A DNA stretch of 64,000 bases from Eledone cirrhosa. Its lineage: Eukaryota. The notes beneath the pieces are model-generated. The model made no database searches. It had not been told where the DNA came from and saw nothing but the letters and a program-made list of their open reading frames with translations. The position numbers and the translations under genes were made by a program. Of this stretch, positions 57,265 to 64,000 are shown in pieces. How positions within the stretch are numbered: the stretch's first letter is position 1; each line of letters opens with the position of its first letter. The stretch lies in contig OZ024742.1 of NCBI GenBank assembly GCA_964016885.1, positions 91,450,001 to 91,514,000 on the forward strand. The letters are read 5' to 3'.

Positions 57265-57570
57265 ATATATAAATATATATATATCCGTTATCTTAATTTT
57301 ATATGTTTGCCCTCTATATATATTCATATATATGTATCGCTCTCTCTATATATATAAGACACATCCACAGACTATCATAGATAATTAGATTACAAAACAA
57401 TTGCTAGAAATATATTTACTGCTGTATTGTGGTTGCTTCTATTCAACATTGCATATGTTTCTATGTTAGACAACTGTAACTATATCTACGTCATACTTCA
57501 ACTTAACAACAGCTTTAAATTTCTAGTATGCTAACATAACATACCATGTAATATATGCTGGTTACCCAGT

Positions 57571-57648
<78 letters not shown>

Positions 57649-57969
57649 GTGAAAATAAAGTGTAGACGTTAGAAAACGTTCTATACAGATCTCATTACAG
57701 ATTCTATACAGATCTTCTTACAGATCTCAGGAAAATGATAAAAAGGGGTGTTTTTTATATATATACAAGGTGCACTTTTCATTCAAACCCTTTTTAAAAA
57801 TCATTTTCCTTATATATGTATGTAAATTTATCCCGGTTTCAATCGGGGGTAACCACAGTAAGTAAGGTACTTAATACAAAGCAGAGGATTTCTCCCGAAT
57901 GAAAAAGTTCTAGACCGGTAGAAGCTTTTTCTATATTAAATATATATATATATATATATAACGAAGGAA

Positions 57970-59616
57970 TACGTTAGTAGTTGTAGGTCTACGTTAGTAG
58001 TTGTAGGTCTAGGTTGGTAGTTGTAGGTTTAGGTTGGTTGTTGTAGGTTTAGGTTGGTAGTTGTAGGTCTACGTTAGTAGTTGTAGGTCTAGGTTGGTAG
58101 TTGTAGGTTTAGGTTGGTTGTTGTAGGTTTAGGTTGGTAGTTGTAGGTCTACGTTAGTAGTTGTAGGTCTAGGTTGGTAGTTGTAGGTTTAGGTTGGTTG
58201 TTGTAGGTTTAGCTTGGTAGTTGTAGGTCTACGTTAGTAGTTGTAGGTCTAGGTTGGTAGTTGTAGGTCTAGGTTGGTAGTTGTAGGTCTAGGTTGGTAG
58301 TTGTAGGTCTAGGTTGGTAGTTGTAGGTTTAGGTTGGTAGTTGTAGGTCTAGGTTGGTAGTTGTAGGTTTAGGTTGGTAGTTGTAGGTCTAGGTTAGTAG
58401 TTGTAGGTCTAGGTTGGTAGTTGTAGGTCTACGTTAGTAGTTGTAGGTCTAGGTTGGTAGTTGTAGGTCTAGGTTGGTAGTTGTAGGTCTAGGTTGGTAG
58501 TTGTAGGTCTACGTTAGTAGTTGTAGGTCTAGGTTGGTAGTTGTAGGTCTAGGTTGGTAGTTGAAGGTCTAGGTTGGTAGTTGTAGGTTTAGGTTGGTAG
58601 TTGTAGGTCTAGGTTAGTAGTTGTAGGTCTACGTTAGTAGTTGTAGGTCTACGTTAGTAGTTGTAGGTCTAGGTTGGTAGTTGTAGGTCTACGTTAGTAG
58701 TTGTAGGTCTAGGTTGGTAGTTGTAGGTCTAGGTTGGTAGTTGTAGGTCTAGGTTGGTAGTTGTAGGTCTAGGTTGGTAGTTGTAGGTCTACGTTAGTAG
58801 TTGTAGGTCTAGGTTGGTAGTTGTAGGTCTAGGTTGGTAGTTGTAGGTCTAGGTTGGTAGTTGTAGGTCTAGGTTGGTAGTTGTAGGTCTACGTTAGTAG
58901 TTGTAGGTCTAGGTTGGTAGTTGTAGGTCTACGTTAGTAGTTGTAGGTCTACGTTAGTAGTTGTAGGTCTAGGTTGGTAGTTGTAGGTCTAGGCTGGTAG
59001 ATGTAGGGCAACGTTAGTAGTTGTAGGTCTAGGTTGGTAGGTGTAGGTCTAGGTTGGTAGTTGTAGGTCTACGTTAGTAGTTGTAGGTCTAGGTTGGTAG
59101 TTGTAGGTCTAGGCTGGTAGATGTAGGGCAACGTTAGTAGTTGTAGGTCTAGGTTGGTAGTTGTAGGTCTAGGTTGGTAGTTGTAGGTCTACGTTAGTAG
59201 TTGTAGGTCTAGGTTGGTAGTTGTAGCTCTACGTTAGTAGTTGTAGGTCTAGCTTGGTAGTTGTAGGTCTAGGCTGGTAGATGTAGGGCAACGTTAGTAG
59301 TTGTAGGTCTACGTTATTAGTTGTAGGTCTACGTTATTAGTTGTAGGTCTACGTTAGTAGTTGTAGGTCTACGTTAGTAGTTGTAGGGCAACGTTAGTAG
59401 TTGTAGCTCTACGTTAGTAGTTGTAGGGAAACGTTAGTAGTCGTAGCTCTACGTTATTAGATGTAGGGCAACGTTAGTAGTTGTAGATCTACGTTAGTAG
59501 TTGTAGGGCAACGTTAGTAGTCGTAGCTCTACGTTATTAGTTGTAGGGCAACGTTAGTAGTCGTAGCTCTACGTTATTAGTTGTAGGGCAACGTTAGTAG
59601 TTGTAGGGCAACGTTA
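57970..59616. repeat. 20-bp minisatellite (~82 units, consensus TTGTAGGTCTAGGTTGGTAG / TTGTAGGTCTACGTTAGTAG)
   Basis: Exact 20-bp periodicity with no spacers. Confidence 0.95.
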
Positions 59617-59954
59617 GATTTAGGAAGATGGGCACAATAACAAGTTTTTTTGTAGAACCCCGGTTTTACACGAAACCCTCTTTGGGAAACATTGCTTACA
59701 GATTCTATTAGCTTTAGGCAAAGACGTAAAAGAAATCAGATATTACAGAATTAGGGACGAAGGCCCTTACAGATAAACCTATCTTTTAAAGAAGCAGAAC
59801 GCTGTTGAGATATGGTGGTTTAGGAATTGATATTCACGACAGTCTGAACAAAAAAATTTCAAATCATTACTAAAGACAAACAATTTTAACCACGAATCAA
59901 AAACGGATTATCCAGATGGCTCTGCAACAGTACATAGATTCTCATCACATTATT

Positions 59955-60142
59955 GGTTGGATTGGCAGTATCGGTAGAGGGTCGGACGCCATGCTTTCCA
60001 GCATAGTTACGTCCCTTTACGATCTGAGTTCAAATCTCGCCGAGGTTGACTTTGCCTTTCATCCTTACGGGGTCGATGAAATAAAGTACCAGTAATGCAC
60101 TGGGTAATAGCTGGCCTTGTGCCTAAAGTAGAAACAATTATT
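59955..60142 (+). mobile_element. tRNA-derived Meta-type SINE
   Basis: Matches the SINE consensus. Confidence 0.8.
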
Positions 60143-60639
60143 GGTTATGGAATTGACCTCCGTCGGTTTCAACGATTAATGTTCCAGCTCTTCGATAAAC
60201 AGAACAGCCTGCTTCTAAGTTGGTGGATGAGCATTCCACTTACACGTGTACAGTTAGTGTTACTTACAGAGAGATTCAGCGTGACACAGTGTGTTACAAG
60301 GCTGGTTCTTTGAATTACAAGTACAGTCCTTTCAATGGAATTCCAAACCTATCTATGTTTACATCGATCTGGGGTTGTGGCAAATGACTCTGATCCAAGG
60401 ATACAGTGGTATTAAACCCAAGATTTATTGATTGGGAAATGATGCACCCTCAAGCACTGGTAAGGGCAACAAATGAAATATTTGAAATACTCATTTTTGA
60501 AGTTAGATATTAGTGTCATAAGAACAATATTTATTAATTGTTCTTACAAAGTATTTTAGTGAACGAGTTTTGAACCTTATTTTAGAGAGAGAGAGAGGGA
60601 GCGAAAGAAAGGGCGTAAATGTTTGTAGGTGTCTAACGA

Positions 60640-60641
60640 TA

Positions 60642-60685
<44 letters not shown>

Positions 60686-60700
60686 CCCCCCCCCCCCACA

Positions 60701-60759
<59 letters not shown>

Positions 60760-60784
60760 CCCCCCCCCCCCCCCCCCCCCCCCA

Positions 60785-60840
<56 letters not shown>

Positions 60841-60884
60841 CACTACCACCGCCACAACCCCCCACCCCCACAACCACCACCACC

Positions 60885-60946
<62 letters not shown>

Positions 60947-60980
60947 CACTACCACCACCACAACAACCAACACTACCACC
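60640..60980. repeat. (CTA)n/(CAC)n/poly-C low-complexity tract
   Basis: Seen directly. Confidence 0.9.
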
Positions 60981-61230
60981 CTATCTCCCATGTCTGTCCT
61001 CAGTGCTCCCCACCCGTCTTACAATAACCGTATACAGATAGGAAAACAAAGCACTTCATTGATAAAGCTCAACGTGAATCAGACAGATCCCCAAACTGAC
61101 CCCTTTAGACTGAATGGCGGCATAGAATAGGGGACAGAATCGAGGTCAGTCAGTGATGTGGGAAGGGACTAATGACGTAACCGATAATTTATGGCAATTA
61201 TTATTAATTTATTTTTAGCATTAAATATTA

Positions 61231-62371
61231 CAGGGTTGCTTAGTTCTTTGAGGACATTTGTATGAATTTAGTAAAAGATGCATAAGTCATGAAAGAAGAG
61301 CTTTATTTGAAAAACAACTTGCATGAATAATTTTGTTATACTTACTGACTCATATACTCAACGAATCTGTCGTTAGCATCGATGACTGCTTCAATACGAG
61401 GTCTACAACGTTGACATATCTGAAACAGATGATCTTTATCGAATTTGGACAATCTGCTAGTTGTAGCGAACTTCAGAGACATTTAGTGTGATGGGAGAGT
61501 TGATTGACTTCCCACACAATTACGATCCACACGTAGTAATTCGAAGCATTCAACTCTGGAGAGCTAGGAAACCATATGTTTGGGATGACGTTATCGTATA
61601 GATTGTAACTCATCCATTTTGGTGCCGTCTTGGCCTTATGAGACGGTGCAGAGTCTTGTTGGTAGGTGCACAATCTTGCTTTCCACAGGATCTCTCTCTA
61701 GGGCCTCACAACCCTCTCTACACCTCATTATAGTCAGCAATATTGAGCATTAAGCACAGAAGAAAGAAATGAAGAGGCATGGCATCTCACGACTCCAAAT
61801 ACAATAACATTTGGTATGACCATAACAGTTAACCGTCATAACCCTTTGTCATTCATTCGGGTGACATTTTGGTCCTCATCAAAAAAAATCAAAGCATTCC
61901 AGACTCTTGATGTTTCAAATTACTGAACAAGTGCTTTGTCCGACTCAGACAGTTATCTTTAGTCCTTGCAGACATGTTTTGGCTTCTCCGCATCACATAT
62001 GGCTTGTATCGAAAGTCCTCATGCACAATTCTTCATATAGTGTACCTTGAAATCTTTAGCTTCTTGGTGATGACACTAATTGACCTTCTGACGTGCTTAT
62101 CGGCAATTTTCTATACCTTTCCTACAAATAAGGGTGATAAGATGGTATTAGACTCTTAGCAGGTATTTTACGTTTGGCTATGCGTAACTTTCAGGAAGGG
62201 AGCAATTTCTAAATTACCATGTTCTGCCTTTAATGCAACCATTACAGGCTGCCTTTTCATATGCTGAGTTAGCTTGATGTCTCTCATCTTTTATTTGACA
62301 AGAAATGGAAATTAGTTAGAAAATAGTTAGTGCTATTAAAAGACGTGTGCTCAAAGAACTATGCATCACTG
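61231..62371 (-). mobile_element. Decayed Tc1/mariner (maT/DD37D-like) DNA transposon
   Basis: Imperfect TIRs CAGGGTTGCTTAGTTCTTTGAG / CTCAAAGAACTATGCATCACTG; transposase remnant YQQDSAPSHKAK...WFPSSPELN..NYYVW. Confidence 0.8.
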
Positions 62372-62761
62372 CAGTAGCAGAAATATCATACTCCAAGCTG
62401 TTTTCAGATGTGTAAGTATGTGCGTGGATTTTAACTGAGAAAGCAGAGTGCCGGAACACACGCAGCAAAACATTCTATCCGACTTTTTAACAACTCTGCA
62501 AATTCGCCGCGTATCAAAGTATATAGATGCATGAGAGAAACACCTACATTTTCCACATGCAAATGGTACGTACCGACATATTTCGTCTTGCGTTTTATTT
62601 TATTTAATGGACAGTCGCTTATTCTCTTAAAAGTAAATATGGGATATAAATAAGCAGACACATAAGTGAAAAGCCAAACACAGTACATTTAATTAAATTC
62701 GAACCCCTATCGATTCTCGAATAAATCAGTTTCTTTTTATCAACTCATAGATAGAAAGGAT

Positions 62762-63040
62762 CTCCGTCGGTTTCGACGAAGAATGTTCCAGTTGATACGA
62801 TCAACAGAACAGCTTGTAATTAACGTGTAAGTGGTTGTGCGTTCCATAGGCACGTGCACTCTTTGTACCTTTAATGTAGTTCTCAACGAAGTTCAGTTCG
62901 ACACAGTGTGTGTGAAAACTGGCGCTTTGAATAACAGGTTCACCTCATTTTTGCCAGCTGAGTGGAGTGGAGCAGCGTAAAATATAGTGACTTGCTCAAT
63001 GACACAAAGTAATCGAGCTCATGACATTAATATCGTGTTC
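62762..63040 (+). mobile_element. Second SINE-type repeat family (also at 8660-8830, 10880-11020 -, 60158-60325)
   Basis: Shared CTCCGTCGGTTTC.ACGA..AATGTTCCAG..AACAGAACAGC..AAGT.GG..GACACAGTGTG block. Confidence 0.6.
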
Positions 63041-63484
63041 GAAACCGAATGTTTCCTTCTGTCACTACTCGGGGGACTTTGGCTACGTGCAAGTAAACAA
63101 ACTATACTCCATATATTGAGTGCATATGGAAACATATATGGATATGTGTATATCCCAATGTATGTATATATATATATAACAAGGAAGATGTAACAAACTT
63201 TCCTCAACACTTAATTTTAAATTTTTAATTCTTAATTTTTAATTCTTATTAATTCTTTTTAATTGTAATACTCAACATTCGATAAGATGGAGTTTACTAA
63301 TACATCGAAACCGGTTATATTTTATATACTTTATATACATTATAAAAGTATTTTTTAAAAGAATTGTCCCTCTCATTTTTTCAATAATCTCATTTTTTCA
63401 ATAATGTCACGTTGACGAATCAAAGTAGGAAAAAAAAAGAAGAAAAACATCCTTAAATGTATTTTCCGTGCTATTTCGAATTCC

Positions 63485-63554
<70 letters not shown>

Positions 63555-64000
63555 CACTCTTCGTTGAATGCATGTTTATTGCATCTACTATGCGTGTGTG
63601 TGACTGCTGGTTTAGCTGGCCTCCTCTAAGGTATATCTCGTTGGAGGTGTCTTGGGTGATGTAATGATAGGGACCCCAGTCCTATCATCTCATTGCTATA
63701 GCTGAGTAAACTGGAGCAACGTGAATAAAGTGTGTTGAACTCACAACCTTTTGATTGCAATGCTCTACTATAGAATCCCATGAAACACACACACATACAA
63801 ACAGACACATACACATACACACACAAACACACACCACCAACTGACATCCGTAGGGCGAGTTTGAATATAATTATTAAGGCGAGTTACTACAATGTACGTA
63901 CGTTTCGTTAACCCAGTGGATCAACTTGCTCAACCTGTGCCGATGAAAATGAACCAGAACAGGTTGTACAATTTGGTCATCAGGACTAACGAAATGTACG

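Noticed and set aside
57970-59616. CRISPR array or telomeric array
   Set aside because: Contiguous 20-bp units with no unique spacers and no cas genes; not (TTAGGG)n

Overview
AT-rich, microsatellite-saturated eukaryotic DNA with no recognisable host protein-coding exon. The SINE/LINE repertoire and (TA)n/(CA)n density suggest an octopus-type cephalopod genome (inference). Almost all ORFs in the track are microsatellite artefacts. Real coding remnants all belong to transposons: two RLE-type (R4/Dong-like) non-LTR retrotransposons (one near full-length but disrupted, one 5'-truncated with an open ORF), RTE and Tx1-like LINE fragments, a Penelope-like GIY-YIG fragment, a Helitron helicase remnant and a decayed Tc1/mariner. 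There is one intact-looking tRNA-Thr(TGT) plus about 7 decayed paralogues, many tRNA-derived SINEs and a 1.65-kb 20-bp minisatellite. The main signal is about 18 type I hammerhead ribozyme (HHR) motifs with intact cores, plus several degenerate or half motifs, from about a dozen sequence-unrelated non-coding repeat families. Most sit in partial-tandem and/or inverted units inserted into (TA)n, and most have a palindromic or near-palindromic stem III; several use a compensated U3-A8 core or a greatly extended stem II. This looks like a diverse swarm of non-autonomous Penelope-type/retrozyme-like elements. All structures were read by eye, so element boundaries are approximate (about +/-10-20 bp).
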